A stretch of DNA of 64,000 nt, from assembly GCF_044324875.1 (NCBI RefSeq), contig NZ_CP172185.1. One strand, 5' to 3'. The stretch comes from Escherichia coli. GTDB lineage: Bacteria; Pseudomonadota; Gammaproteobacteria; Enterobacterales; Enterobacteriaceae. A model generated the notes under the pieces. The model was given only the letters and a program-made list of their open reading frames with translations, was not told the DNA's origin and did no database searches. Positions 28,122-38,209 of the stretch are shown here, piece by piece. The position numbers and the translations under genes were made by a program. Numbering within the stretch: the stretch's first letter is position 1; the number at the start of each line of letters is the position of its first letter.

Positions 28122-28802
28122 TCACTTTTCTTTTGTGTCAGTGGGTACTGCATTGTTTATTAGCCACGGCAATTGTTGATTATCCTGTATTTTTCGGATG
28201 TAGTTATCAATAATATCTTTTGTTTCATCAATATTATTATAAAAAGATTCAAGTGTGCATATAAAATCATCATTTAATGTAGGTAGCAGGATTATGTTTT
28301 TTACTGTGAACCGGATATGACGATTACTCAGTGTTTTTAAATAAAGTTTCTTTCCAATAACAGGATTTACATTGAAAATATTGTAACAGATTTCCACTGT
28401 GTTTTCTGAAGGTGCGTATAATACGTATACCGGATATTTTTTATGAAGTTTTATCAAGCAACTTATAAAATCTAAGTAATTTGTTTGTTTTGCTTTTTCT
28501 CGCATCTTATTTACGTGCTGCGAAAAGAAATATGCTTTTGTAAATATAAAAAGAAAAATAAACGCAGTGTTTAACAGAAATGTGATGACAATTGTTGTAA
28601 ATAACCATTTGCCTGAACCTGTATTAAAAATATGGGATGAAAGATACCCACCTGTCAGCAACAAAAATATAAATAATAATGACTGCATTTTTTCCTGGTT
28701 GTTTATTGATGATTTCAGACACAGAAATATAACAACACATGAAAAGGTCCAGAAAAATATAACAGCAAAATCCATATTATCACCTTTTGTCTGACAGTTC
28801 AT
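28122..28802 (-). CDS. polytopic membrane protein, hypothetical
   Basis: 226 aa, several hydrophobic helices, strongly AT-rich. Confidence 0.4.
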   Translation of the reverse strand: MNCQTKGDNMDFAVIFFWTFSCVVIFLCLKSSINNQEKMQSLLFIFLLLTGGYLSSHIFNTGSGKWLFTTIVITFLLNTAFIFLFIFTKAYFFSQHVNKMREKAKQTNYLDFISCLIKLHKKYPVYVLYAPSENTVEICYNIFNVNPVIGKKLYLKTLSNRHIRFTVKNIILLPTLNDDFICTLESFYNNIDETKDIIDNYIRKIQDNQQLPWLINNAVPTDTKEK

Positions 28803-28944
28803 TTGTTGATGCTATCACGATATTCGCGATGCGGTAAATATATCAATATGTTGGTTTATTTGTGTAATACATTATTTCCCATACGCCATAAATCAGTCTG
28901 TTGACGATAGCTTTTTTCTTTTGTTATTCTGTACCCGCTTTAAC

Positions 28945-29187
28945 TGTCGCTTCGGCGACCACCAATGTTCCATGAGGCCTGTGAGGAACGCCTTCGGGTG
29001 GCCCACGTCGCTCCGGCGACCACCAATGCTCCATCTGACCTGTGAGGAGCGCCTTCGGGTGGTCAGTTTTACACCTCCGTAGCCTGAAAGGAGCTGTGCG
29101 TGCTGATGGGATATGTTCCCGGAAGTACGGGTAAATCTGCACACCTTTGCGAGCAGATGTCACCACGGTTTACGTGATGATGAAGGC
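28945..29187. repeat. 244-bp direct repeat copy A with internal 48-bp tandem sub-repeat
   Basis: about 95 percent identical to 31740-31983. Confidence 0.8.
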
Positions 29188-29921
29188 ATTCCGGATTTCG
29201 TCCGGTACTTTTACTTTTTCTCAGCAGACTTTCATAAAAATGCTTTATGGATCTGCTTCTTAAGATGTTTTCTGGCTTTCCGCATAAGCTTCTTATGACT
29301 GTGCGCACGGCATAAGGCCATTTGAAATTTGGCCGCTTGCGTGTGTACGTGGATTTTGAAGCCTTGCGGCGTCACTTGAGTGCGACCGTAGGGAACACCA
29401 AGTGACGCCACAACAATCTGCCCTGAAAGCAGCATCACGTAAGGCCAGCCAGAAAATCGTCGCTCGTGACCAGCGTTCTGATGACCGTTTCGTCTGTCTG
29501 ACAGCGTCTTTCAGTAACGTGTCCATGCCTTTCCGGCGCGTCCGTTTTCACGGACGGCCACGCCGGAATGTCTTTTTAAACTTCATAATACATGAGAGGT
29601 AAGTGTATTAACTTGTTGAAAAAAGGAATAAATATGAAAAATCGTTCTGAAGTCGGAAGGCGTCATCGTAAGATGACGGGGAGTAAAAAATCGCCCTGGT
29701 GCACAGGTAGCGAACTCCTGTAAAAACTCAACATGTGCAAGCTCTGCTACATCGACATCAAACGAGCCAGGAAGGCGAGCAACCGCGTTACAGAGCCGTC
29801 CGTGATGACGAAAAACTAACAATATCAACGATCTGGTCTGTTTATCGGAAGGGCATCTCATGCAGTTGAACTTTCAGAACGGATGGTTTTCTGCATCTTT
29901 TTTAACAGGGGGATTGACGTT

Positions 29922-30839
29922 ATGTCCCGTAAATCGTCACGTTCCAAAGTTGAAGTCTTTCGCAAGTCATTCATCTCACTTGCCCGTGATTGTGGTGGCA
30001 GCTACGCAACAACCGCTGACAGAATGCGAATTGCCAGATACTTTTTGAATTATTTGCAAGTAAACGGTATCAAACTTCGTCAGACGGGCAGTATTAAGAC
30101 GAGGCATATTTCTGGTTATCTTCTCAGCAGGAAAGAGCAGGGGATCTCTCACCGCACAATTCAGAATGAACGGGCAGTTATGCGCGCAATTCTAGAGAAA
30201 GATGGTCGCCTTAAAATAGCGGATCCGTCCAATCCTTTATTGAGCAATGAAGCTCTTGGACTCAGGGATACATGCCGTGATGGTAAAAAGATACCACTCT
30301 CACAGGATGAGTTTAATAAAGCCTTCAGTAAGGTTGAAAAAAATAATCCCGGTGTTGCTGCAGTAATGCAAATTTCTTATGTTCTTGGACTGAGGACAAA
30401 AGAAGCTGTTCAGTCTTGTAAATCAGTTAACTCGTGGCTACGTGAACTTGATTCAGGGCATGATTCTCTTCTCGTTGTTTTTGGGACGAAAGGTGGAAGG
30501 CCCAGAGATACAACGATCATTAATCGTGATGCAGTGAAACATGCGCTCATTTATGCAAAAAACATTATGGATAAACAGAATGGTAAACTTATCGATTGCC
30601 CCAATATTAAACAGGCTATAAACGTATATCGTTACCATGTAAGAAAAGCTGGTTTATCTGGAGTGAAGGCACCACATAGTATGCGTTATCATTTTTCGCA
30701 GGAAGCAAGGCAGTTTTATCGAAAAAGTGGATATGGAGATAAAGAAATTTACGCAAGGGTTTCCATGGACCTTGGTCATGGTGACGGAAGAGGGCGTTAT
30801 GTAAAACAGGTCTACTTTAAAGGCGATGATGAGAGCTGA
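29922..30839 (+). CDS. tyrosine-recombinase-like protein (integrase family)
   Basis: C-terminal HSMRYHFS...LGHGDGRGRY resembles Box II HxLRH...LGH...Y; AGGGGG RBS. Confidence 0.45.
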   Translation: MSRKSSRSKVEVFRKSFISLARDCGGSYATTADRMRIARYFLNYLQVNGIKLRQTGSIKTRHISGYLLSRKEQGISHRTIQNERAVMRAILEKDGRLKIADPSNPLLSNEALGLRDTCRDGKKIPLSQDEFNKAFSKVEKNNPGVAAVMQISYVLGLRTKEAVQSCKSVNSWLRELDSGHDSLLVVFGTKGGRPRDTTIINRDAVKHALIYAKNIMDKQNGKLIDCPNIKQAINVYRYHVRKAGLSGVKAPHSMRYHFSQEARQFYRKSGYGDKEIYARVSMDLGHGDGRGRYVKQVYFKGDDES

Positions 30840-30842
30840 TAT

Positions 30843-31583
30843 TTAAAATGAATCCGGAGGATATGTGTTTTTCGCGAACTTATTAATTTCTGTAATAAGA
30901 ATTTCTGATGCACGATTACACATGCTCTCATTAAAGTATCCTATATGGCATTCATGGATGCGGCAATTTAGTTTTCTGGATAGCCATCTGTTTGCCTCGT
31001 TACGGGATATATTTGTTTTTTGCTGATAGCTGTCAAAAAGTTTACGCACTTGTGCTCTGAGTATTCTCAAATTTTCTTTAGCTGGAGTACCTAATGGTCT
31101 CCCTGAATTTTTATGACATCCAACCCATGCATTGCATGGGCTGCAAATCCAGTAATATTTGTTTTCTGTAGTGGGTGTCGTGGAAAATGGCATAAGTGCA
31201 CCTTTTCTGAGTTGTGCCTTATTACCACAGTAAGTGCAGATTACAATTGGACGAACATCTGCAATATTCAGTGCTGCATAAGTAAGACGTTCATTTTTCA
31301 TCATGTTTCGTTTTCCACAGTCAGTGAGAATATGCTTTATTGTGTCTAATTCTTCTCGGAGTATTTTTGAACGGACGCCAGTTCGATAACGCTGTTGAAA
31401 GTAGAGCTCAATATGGCGTAGTTTTATACTATTTATTGATTTTATCTGTATATTGGATTCTTTAAGAAATGAAGCAAATCTTCTGGCTCTCCCCATATAT
31501 ACCAGTATGTCTTCTGGTGTCGGGGCGCATGCTTTAGCTATTTTGATTAGCTCATCTTTTAATTTTTTGTATTTCGATTTCAT
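30843..31583 (-). CDS. integrase-N-terminal-like domain plus Cys-rich zinc-ribbon protein
   Basis: CTYCGN...CSPCNAWVGCH and CRIHECH clusters; convergent with 29922-30839. Confidence 0.4.
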   Translation of the reverse strand: MKSKYKKLKDELIKIAKACAPTPEDILVYMGRARRFASFLKESNIQIKSINSIKLRHIELYFQQRYRTGVRSKILREELDTIKHILTDCGKRNMMKNERLTYAALNIADVRPIVICTYCGNKAQLRKGALMPFSTTPTTENKYYWICSPCNAWVGCHKNSGRPLGTPAKENLRILRAQVRKLFDSYQQKTNISRNEANRWLSRKLNCRIHECHIGYFNESMCNRASEILITEINKFAKNTYPPDSF

Positions 31584-31739
31584 CCTGATATCTCTCTTTA
31601 AGGTTCATTAAGAGTGTTACTGAGTAAAAAAATATCAAATTAAGTATTTATTGTCATTCAGTTGTAGCTTCTCAGCCGCTCCACGACAATAACAACTTGA
31701 AGTTTTATGCAGTTTGTGCTTACAATTTAAACGCTAACT

Positions 31740-31983
31740 TGTCGCTTCGGCGACCACCAATGTTCCATGTGGCCTGTGAGGAACGCCTTCGGGTGGCCCA
31801 CGTCGCTCCGGCGACCACCAATGCTTCATCTGACCTGTGAGGAGCGCCTTCGGGTGGTCAGTTTTACACCTCCTGAGCCTGAAAGGAGCTGTGCGTGCTG
31901 AAGGGATATGTTCCCGGAAGTACGGGCAAATCTGCGCACCTTTGAGAGCAGATGTCACTGCGGTTTTCCGTGATGATGAAGGC
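31740..31983. repeat. 244-bp direct repeat copy B
   Basis: pairs with 28945-29187. Confidence 0.8.
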
Positions 31984-32112
31984 TTTTTTATCACTGTATG
32001 ACCTGAGTTATCTCTGGTCTTTAAGCGCATCGTGTTATCGCGTTGATGTGTTCACCTGACGGATTTTCCAGTCCGTCAGGGCGGAACGTCCGTCTTTTAT
32101 CCGGAGGTTCCG

Positions 32113-32514
32113 ATGTTTATTCCACTTCTGTTTCGCGCAGAGATGCGCCTGACACCTTTCTTTCAGCGACTCAGACAACGTCTGTGTTATCCGGTGAGTC
32201 GTGTTCATACACAACATCCCTGGTCTTCTCCACAGTTGCGGCACCTTTACTGCACGCCGTGGTTTGTTAACGCCACCGGCAATCTGGCAGTCCGTGCCTG
32301 CATTGTTTCCATTGACGGTTCTTTGCGACACTGCTTTGAGTTCCGTGAAGGCTCTCACAGCCGTGAATACCGTTTCTGGTTTGAGGCGCTTCCTTTGTCG
32401 GTACTGCGTTTTAACGCTTTTACCGGTCGAATATCCGATCGCCGTACACTCTCTGCTGCCTCCCGTATGGCCGCGCAGCTTACTTCCTTTCGCTATCGCT
32501 TCGGTTTGCGCTGA
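32113..32514 (+). CDS. hypothetical basic protein
   Basis: GGAGG RBS 7 nt upstream; Arg-rich. Confidence 0.3.
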   Translation: MFIPLLFRAEMRLTPFFQRLRQRLCYPVSRVHTQHPWSSPQLRHLYCTPWFVNATGNLAVRACIVSIDGSLRHCFEFREGSHSREYRFWFEALPLSVLRFNAFTGRISDRRTLSAASRMAAQLTSFRYRFGLR

Positions 32515-32666
32515 AGCTGTTTGAGGTCGTTATGACCGTCATTTTCTCTACGAGCAGCGTTGTCTGATCGCGCCATTCAGAACGCGATGACAAAGCTGAT
32601 TTTTCCTTAACCCGTCCGGGAGCGCTTCCGTTCGGGGAACGGTCTCTCTGTTTCTGGAGATTGTTT

Positions 32667-33053
32667 ATGGGACTCGATATTTTTTTCCTTGGGCGTGATC
32701 GTGTTTGTGTTACCGACGCAGTGGTATCGGTACCGGAAACGCGGGAAGTGGGGTACTTTCGCAAGGTTAACCCACTGATTGCCTGGTTTGAGAAGCATTG
32801 TGGACCGCTTGAAAATGCCGTGGAGCGTCCGGTTTCCAGAACGAAACTGGAGGCACTACTGAGCGATCTTGAATGCCTTACGCCGGAGAACTGCCGGGAA
32901 TTCTTCCCCACAACAGAAGGATTCTTTTTTGGCTCTCAGGAGTATGACCAGTATTACTGGAAGGATGTTGAGGACGTGAAGTCGTGGGTCAGACGCACGC
33001 TTGATTCGTTTGATTTTGAACGAAAAATACTGTTGCTCTGGGCATGGTGGTAA
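32667..33053 (+). CDS. hypothetical protein
   Basis: GGAGA RBS; 128 aa. Confidence 0.35.
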   Translation: MGLDIFFLGRDRVCVTDAVVSVPETREVGYFRKVNPLIAWFEKHCGPLENAVERPVSRTKLEALLSDLECLTPENCREFFPTTEGFFFGSQEYDQYYWKDVEDVKSWVRRTLDSFDFERKILLLWAWW

Positions 33054-33139
33054 CTATTTCTCAGTCCTTATTTTTAACCATGTGATTATTCGCAGAGGCC
33101 CGACAGCTCTGGCCTGCTTTTATTCCGGAGAATGAGATT

Positions 33140-33331
33140 ATGCAAATAAGTGCAGAAACTCGCGCTGTTTTACGTCACTACAGACAGATCATTAACGCCA
33201 GACGGCGTGAAGATGGCATGAAAGCTCTCAGCACGCCGCAAATCGTTGATGAGATCTGTGAGTTTATGCTCAGCCAGCCAGCAGTGTATCTGGGGGGGCA
33301 GTTCATCATGCAGAAGGCCAGAACAAGATAG
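33140..33331 (+). CDS. small hypothetical protein
   Basis: GGAGA RBS; 63 aa. Confidence 0.3.
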   Translation: MQISAETRAVLRHYRQIINARRREDGMKALSTPQIVDEICEFMLSQPAVYLGGQFIMQKARTR

Positions 33332-33884
33332 CTGTCTTTGTTCATGGCTTTTCAACAGACCGTTATGCTTTCGCCACCACATGGTAAGGCGGGTCTGATT
33401 TTACTGTTAACCGTACGGTTCACTCTCATACCGTACGGTGGGAGTGAACCCTTTTCATTAAGGACACTCTCATGAAAACGAAAACTTCTGCACCTGCTGT
33501 ATATGTTGGTACCTGGGCTAAATACAACAATGGCAGCATAGAAGGATGCTGGTTTAATGATTTAACCGTTTTTGAAACTGAAAGCGATTTTTTATCTGCG
33601 GCCCGTAAGTTTCATCAGGATGAAAAAGATCCTGAATTTATGTACCAGGATTATGAAAACTTTCCTTCGGGAATGGCTTCAGTGCAAAATGGCATCTGAA
33701 TCGATCGCAGTTTGGCATTCGAATCGATCATGATTTGGCATCCATCTCCGATCACAGTTTGGCATCACAATCGATCACGATTTGGCATGCTTCCGATCAT
33801 TGATTGGCATCCTGCCAGTCACTCCGGGAATTAACTCTTTTCACCACAGTCTCCATTGCCGTGTTTAAACCAGTGGAGACGTCA

Positions 33885-35450
33885 ATGTCCAGAAAGAGAA
33901 AATCCAGGAGCACTATGGAAACCTGTTTTAAGATCCTTCAGCTCAAGTTCGACAAGAAGCTGACTAACCGTTGTATCGGACTGACGTTACACATCAGCGC
34001 CTCAACCGTTTTTGAGGTTCTTGCCCGCTTCAAAGCCTCTTCTCTGTCATGGCCATTACCTGCTGATATATCCCATGACACGCTGGAGAAACTCATTTTT
34101 CCGCCCAAAGACACCTTTGCATCAGAGCTTGTAATGCCTGACATGTTGTACTTCGATACGGAAATGAGAAAACCAGGTGTGACGCGGCAACTGTTGTGGA
34201 TGGAATACAAGGCACAGGCGGGTAACAAAGCGATGGGATACTCGCACTTCTGCCGTTGCTACCGGGAGTGGAAAAAAACGCGACGTCTCTCCATGCGCCA
34301 GGAGCATCGTGCCGGCGAAAAGCTTTTTATCGACTTCTGTGGTCCTACGGTTCCTGTTATTAATCCGGACACCGGTGAGATACGCCGCGTGGCAATCTTC
34401 GTGGCCGTAATGGGGGCGTCCAACTATACCTACGTTGAAGCGTGCGAAGGTCAGGACATGATGTCATGGTTAAATGCCCACAGCCGTTGCCTGACCTTCC
34501 TGGGCGGCGTACCGAAGCTGCTCATCCCCGATAACCTCAGAAGCGCAGTGAAAAAGGCCGATCGATATGAGCCTGTCATCAACGACAGTTATCAGGCACT
34601 GGCTGAGCACTATGGCACGGTTATCATCCCGGCCCGACCACGCAAACCTAAAGATAAACCAAAAGCAGAAAACGGCGTCCTCATCGTTGAACGATGGCTT
34701 CTTGCCCGCATCCGTAATGAAACCTTCCACACGCTCAGGGCGCTGAATGCGCGCCTTAGGGAGTTACTGACAGACATGAATAACCGGCCAATGAAGGGGT
34801 ACGGCAATCAAACCCGTGCAGAACGCTTCCGCATACTGGATGCGCCAGCACTCTCTCCGCTGCCTCTGGCACCTTATGAATACACGGAATACAAAGCTGT
34901 GAAGGTTGGCCCTGACTACCACGTTGAATATGCCCGTCACTGGTACTCCGTTCCACACGAACTGGTCGGTCAGCGTCTGTCACTGAAGGCGGGGCAGTCG
35001 GTGGTACAGCTCTGGCACAAGGGGCAGTGTGTGGCGCAACATCCGCGCAGCACACATGAATATAAACACACAACCAATCCGCTTCACATGCCAGAGCGCC
35101 ACCGGCAGCACGGGACATGGACACCGGAACGCCTGATCGAGCAGGGAAAACGTACGGGCCCGTCCACAGGCCGGGTGGTTGAATCCATGCTGAAGGCAAA
35201 ACCCCATCCGGAACTGGCTTATCGTGCAGTTCTGGGGCTGCTGGCACTTCAGAAAAAATACGGCCCGGAACGGCTGGAAAAGGCCTGTTACGTTGCCCTG
35301 CACTATAACGCCCCTGACAGACGCTTTATCGACAATCTGCTGCGTCACCATCGGGAGAACCTGGAGCTTCCATTATCCCGCCAGGGCGAACAACATCCGG
35401 CATATGCTTCAGAGCATGAAAACCTGCGTGGTCCGGGCTACTACCACTGA
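33885..35450 (+). CDS. istA: IS21-family transposase IstA
   Basis: 521 aa, N-terminal HTH and DDE-like core; GGAGA RBS. Confidence 0.7.
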   Translation: MSRKRKSRSTMETCFKILQLKFDKKLTNRCIGLTLHISASTVFEVLARFKASSLSWPLPADISHDTLEKLIFPPKDTFASELVMPDMLYFDTEMRKPGVTRQLLWMEYKAQAGNKAMGYSHFCRCYREWKKTRRLSMRQEHRAGEKLFIDFCGPTVPVINPDTGEIRRVAIFVAVMGASNYTYVEACEGQDMMSWLNAHSRCLTFLGGVPKLLIPDNLRSAVKKADRYEPVINDSYQALAEHYGTVIIPARPRKPKDKPKAENGVLIVERWLLARIRNETFHTLRALNARLRELLTDMNNRPMKGYGNQTRAERFRILDAPALSPLPLAPYEYTEYKAVKVGPDYHVEYARHWYSVPHELVGQRLSLKAGQSVVQLWHKGQCVAQHPRSTHEYKHTTNPLHMPERHRQHGTWTPERLIEQGKRTGPSTGRVVESMLKAKPHPELAYRAVLGLLALQKKYGPERLEKACYVALHYNAPDRRFIDNLLRHHRENLELPLSRQGEQHPAYASEHENLRGPGYYH

Positions 35451-35466
35451 CAGAAGGAACAACAGT

Positions 35467-36222
35467 ATGAGTGATAACCTGTTAAACAAACTGACCCAAC
35501 TGAAACTCCCGGCGATGGCCGGGAGCCTGATACGGCAGCGGGAAACGCCTCAGACCTACGACGAACTGTCGTTCGAGGAAAGGCTGACGCTGCTGGTTGA
35601 TGACGAGCTTCTGAGCAGGGAAAACAGCCGTGTGGCACGGTTGAGAAAAAATGCCGGCCTGAAATACCAGGCAACACCGGAAGGGCTGCGCTATCCGGCC
35701 TCAAGAGGTCTGCGGGCTGAACAGATGAGAGAACTGCTGAACGGCCACTACATAACCCACAGGAAAAACCTGCTGATAACCGGTCCGACAGGATGTGGCA
35801 AGAGCTGGATAGCCAATGCGCTGGGCGAACAGGCATGTCGACAGAAACACAGCGTCCGGTACTGTAGAACCGGGCGATTACTGGAACAACTGGCTCAGGG
35901 ACGTGTTGATGGCAGCTGGCTGAAATATCTGAAACAGTTGCAAAAAATACAGGTTCTAATCCTGGACGATCTGGGGCTGGAACAGTTAAGTAACGCCCAG
36001 TGTAATGACCTTCTGGAGCTCATAGAGGATCGTTACGGACAAAGCAGCACGATAGTGGTAAGCCAGTTCCCGGTAGATAAATGGCATGGTCTGATGGAGA
36101 ACCCAACAACAGCAGATGCCATCCTGGACAGACTGGTACATAACTCACACCGAGTGGTCCTTCAGGGAGAGTCACTGAGGAAAAATCCCCCGGTAGTGGA
36201 AAGCAGCGAAAAAACGCGTTAA
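35467..36222 (+). CDS. istB: IS21-family helper ATPase IstB
   Basis: Walker A GPTGCGKS, Walker B ILDDLG. Confidence 0.75.
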   Translation: MSDNLLNKLTQLKLPAMAGSLIRQRETPQTYDELSFEERLTLLVDDELLSRENSRVARLRKNAGLKYQATPEGLRYPASRGLRAEQMRELLNGHYITHRKNLLITGPTGCGKSWIANALGEQACRQKHSVRYCRTGRLLEQLAQGRVDGSWLKYLKQLQKIQVLILDDLGLEQLSNAQCNDLLELIEDRYGQSSTIVVSQFPVDKWHGLMENPTTADAILDRLVHNSHRVVLQGESLRKNPPVVESSEKTR

Positions 36223-36823
36223 AAAGCGGTAGAAAAAGTTAAGTTCCCGGTTGATCGAATGGATGCGAATCGCTGATCGGACTTCGATGCCAATCCGTGA
36301 TCGAATAGAGCGGAATACGCAGCTTCAGAATATGGTTTCAACTGGGCTTATGTTGAAGGTTATCGTCTTGCCCGTGAAGAAGGCTGTGAAGATGCATGGT
36401 ATGCATGGGTTTCTAATACCGGTGATACCTGTTTCGAACAGTTCAGGGAGGCGTGGCTTGGTGGTCCTTATGACAGTGAACTCGAGTTCGCCGCGCAGTA
36501 CGTGGATGAATGCGGTTTTCTGTCAGAGGTACCTGATACTGTTGCACGCTATTTTGATTATGAGGCTTTTGCGCGCGATTTGTTCATGGAACTGGATTTT
36601 GTCGACGGACACGTTTTCCATCGGTAACTCACAGCCATGAGGGCGCATATAAGCCGTGTACTGGCGGATGTGATTTCAGCATACATTCTGCTGGTTTTTT
36701 TACCGTTGTTGACAATTTTAATCATCGCGGATGAACAACCTGAACTCTGTTGTTCACCGCCCGGAGGCATCGTTCCTTCGGACGGTGTGCTCTTTCATCA
36801 GAAAGAATCAGACAGGGGGTTTT

Positions 36824-37183
36824 ATGTATTCGCGTTTTATTACTGGTTACTGGCATCTTCAGACGCAGTCCGCTTTGCTGGCACATCTCTGTCAGCTTGA
36901 AGGTGAACTGACGATACTTCGCGCCTGGCAACGTCTCGGAATTACCCCGGTGCCGGAGGATGAAGATGAGCCTTCACCACTTTACTCAATTTTGTGGGAT
37001 GTTGGTGAGGCTCTGGGCTGGTTGCTGTATGACCTGGAGATGGAAAATGTTCCTGCACCGGGAACGATTTTCCACGAGGTATTCGACAGGGTTATATCTC
37101 TGGGGTATGAGACTGAGCCCGGTATCTGGGCTGAAAGTATCAGTACCGGAAAGCGCTACGCTGCAATGCCTGACGAATTTTAA
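36824..37183 (+). CDS. hypothetical protein (gene 1 of 4-gene cluster)
   Basis: GGGGG RBS; acidic 119 aa. Confidence 0.35.
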   Translation: MYSRFITGYWHLQTQSALLAHLCQLEGELTILRAWQRLGITPVPEDEDEPSPLYSILWDVGEALGWLLYDLEMENVPAPGTIFHEVFDRVISLGYETEPGIWAESISTGKRYAAMPDEF

Positions 37184-37250
37184 TGTTTTCCACATTCCCA
37201 CAGGGACTCATCCCTGTGGGACGGGTCCCGGCTTTTTCAGGAGAAATTTC

Positions 37251-37589
37251 ATGAGACCCGATTTGAATACTTTACCCGGAGATTCCGGCTGCAGCGTCTG
37301 GTTCTATGACGGAATGTCTCAACCGCGTCTGCTGGCGGGCAGTATTGCCGGGTTACTGACGGATGTTACGATCACATCGAATTACCGTGGTGACGTCACA
37401 TCTGAAATTCATGACGTGGTGCAGGAGTGGCTTGCGACCGGCAGGGGTAACCTGGCGGATTTAAAGGAAGAACTCTGGTACTACAACCTCTACATAAATC
37501 CGTCGGCAGACGAACTTATGAATGCCAACAGGCGGTATGGCCTCGGACATACCACCAGGCTGAAAGGCTTTATCAATAACGCGGCGTGA
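37251..37589 (+). CDS. hypothetical protein (gene 2)
   Basis: AGGAG RBS; 112 aa. Confidence 0.35.
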   Translation: MRPDLNTLPGDSGCSVWFYDGMSQPRLLAGSIAGLLTDVTITSNYRGDVTSEIHDVVQEWLATGRGNLADLKEELWYYNLYINPSADELMNANRRYGLGHTTRLKGFINNAA

Positions 37590-37664
37590 CACACCGCCAT
37601 CCCGTGAGGGCTCAGCTCCTCACGGGGCTGTTCCCTCGGTGATTTTCATACAGAGAGGAGCAGA

Positions 37665-38102
37665 ATGATGAACGTTAAGTCTGTGACTGAGGTTGACGAC
37701 GCTGTGGTTGCCCGTGTCAGTGAAGTTCTGGAATTCGCATTTCCGGGGCAGAAATTTGAAGTGCTGAAGGTATGCGATTCCGGCGTTTACAACATGATTA
37801 ATGTGTACTGGCTGGACGGCCCGACACAGGCTGAAGTGCGGTTTATCACCCGTGCGTTTGAAGGCAAAAACGGGCTGAGGTTTGTGCACGAATCCCGCGA
37901 ATTCAGTAATGAATTTGTGCAGGAGTGCATTGACCGGCTTCGCCAGAAGTACGGGCATCGCAACGTTCCGCCAGAGGTGACCGTGGAGCGTTACTGGAAA
38001 AACGATCTGTGGAAGATTAAAACAGATCGTTTCCCGGGCACTATTGAGGTTGCCATCAACGAAATGGGGATGGAAACCAGTAAATACCGGAAGGTTGTAT
38101 AA
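37665..38102 (+). CDS. hypothetical protein (gene 3)
   Basis: GAGAGGAG RBS; 145 aa. Confidence 0.35.
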   Translation: MMNVKSVTEVDDAVVARVSEVLEFAFPGQKFEVLKVCDSGVYNMINVYWLDGPTQAEVRFITRAFEGKNGLRFVHESREFSNEFVQECIDRLRQKYGHRNVPPEVTVERYWKNDLWKIKTDRFPGTIEVAINEMGMETSKYRKVV

Positions 38103-38209
38103 CCGGCTGGACTTTTGACGATGGCGGAATGTGACAATTCCGCTTTTCCCGTGAGGGCATTGTTCCTCACGGGACAATGCCCTCTTCATTTACCAGAGGA
38201 GCATTGATT

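Larger units (their letters stand above)
33690..36300 (+). mobile_element. IS21-family insertion sequence (istA-istB); ends approximate
   Basis: istAB pair flanked by multiple TTTGGCAT / GATTGGCATC terminal repeats. Confidence 0.65.
33472..36627 (+). pseudogene. ArdA-like antirestriction gene split by IS21-family insertion
   Basis: N-part 33472-33699 (MKTKTSAPAVYVGTWAKYNNGS...); C-part open frame 36301-36627 with no start codon. Confidence 0.5.

Noticed and set aside
28924-29166. ORFs lying within the 244-bp direct repeats (also 31734-32030)
   Set aside because: Frames differ between the two copies and lack RBS; the repeats are more likely noncoding.
21924-33470. tRNA gene as island attachment site
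   Set aside because: Looked for T-loop-like GGTTCGAATCC-type sequences and cloverleaf-sized conserved segments at the cargo junctions and repeat boundaries; none recognised by eye. tRNAscan would be decisive.
36251-36640. 129-aa plus-strand ORF spanning the IS21 right end
   Set aside because: Frame artefact; the ArdA-like C-terminal coding frame is a different frame (36301-36627) without a start codon.
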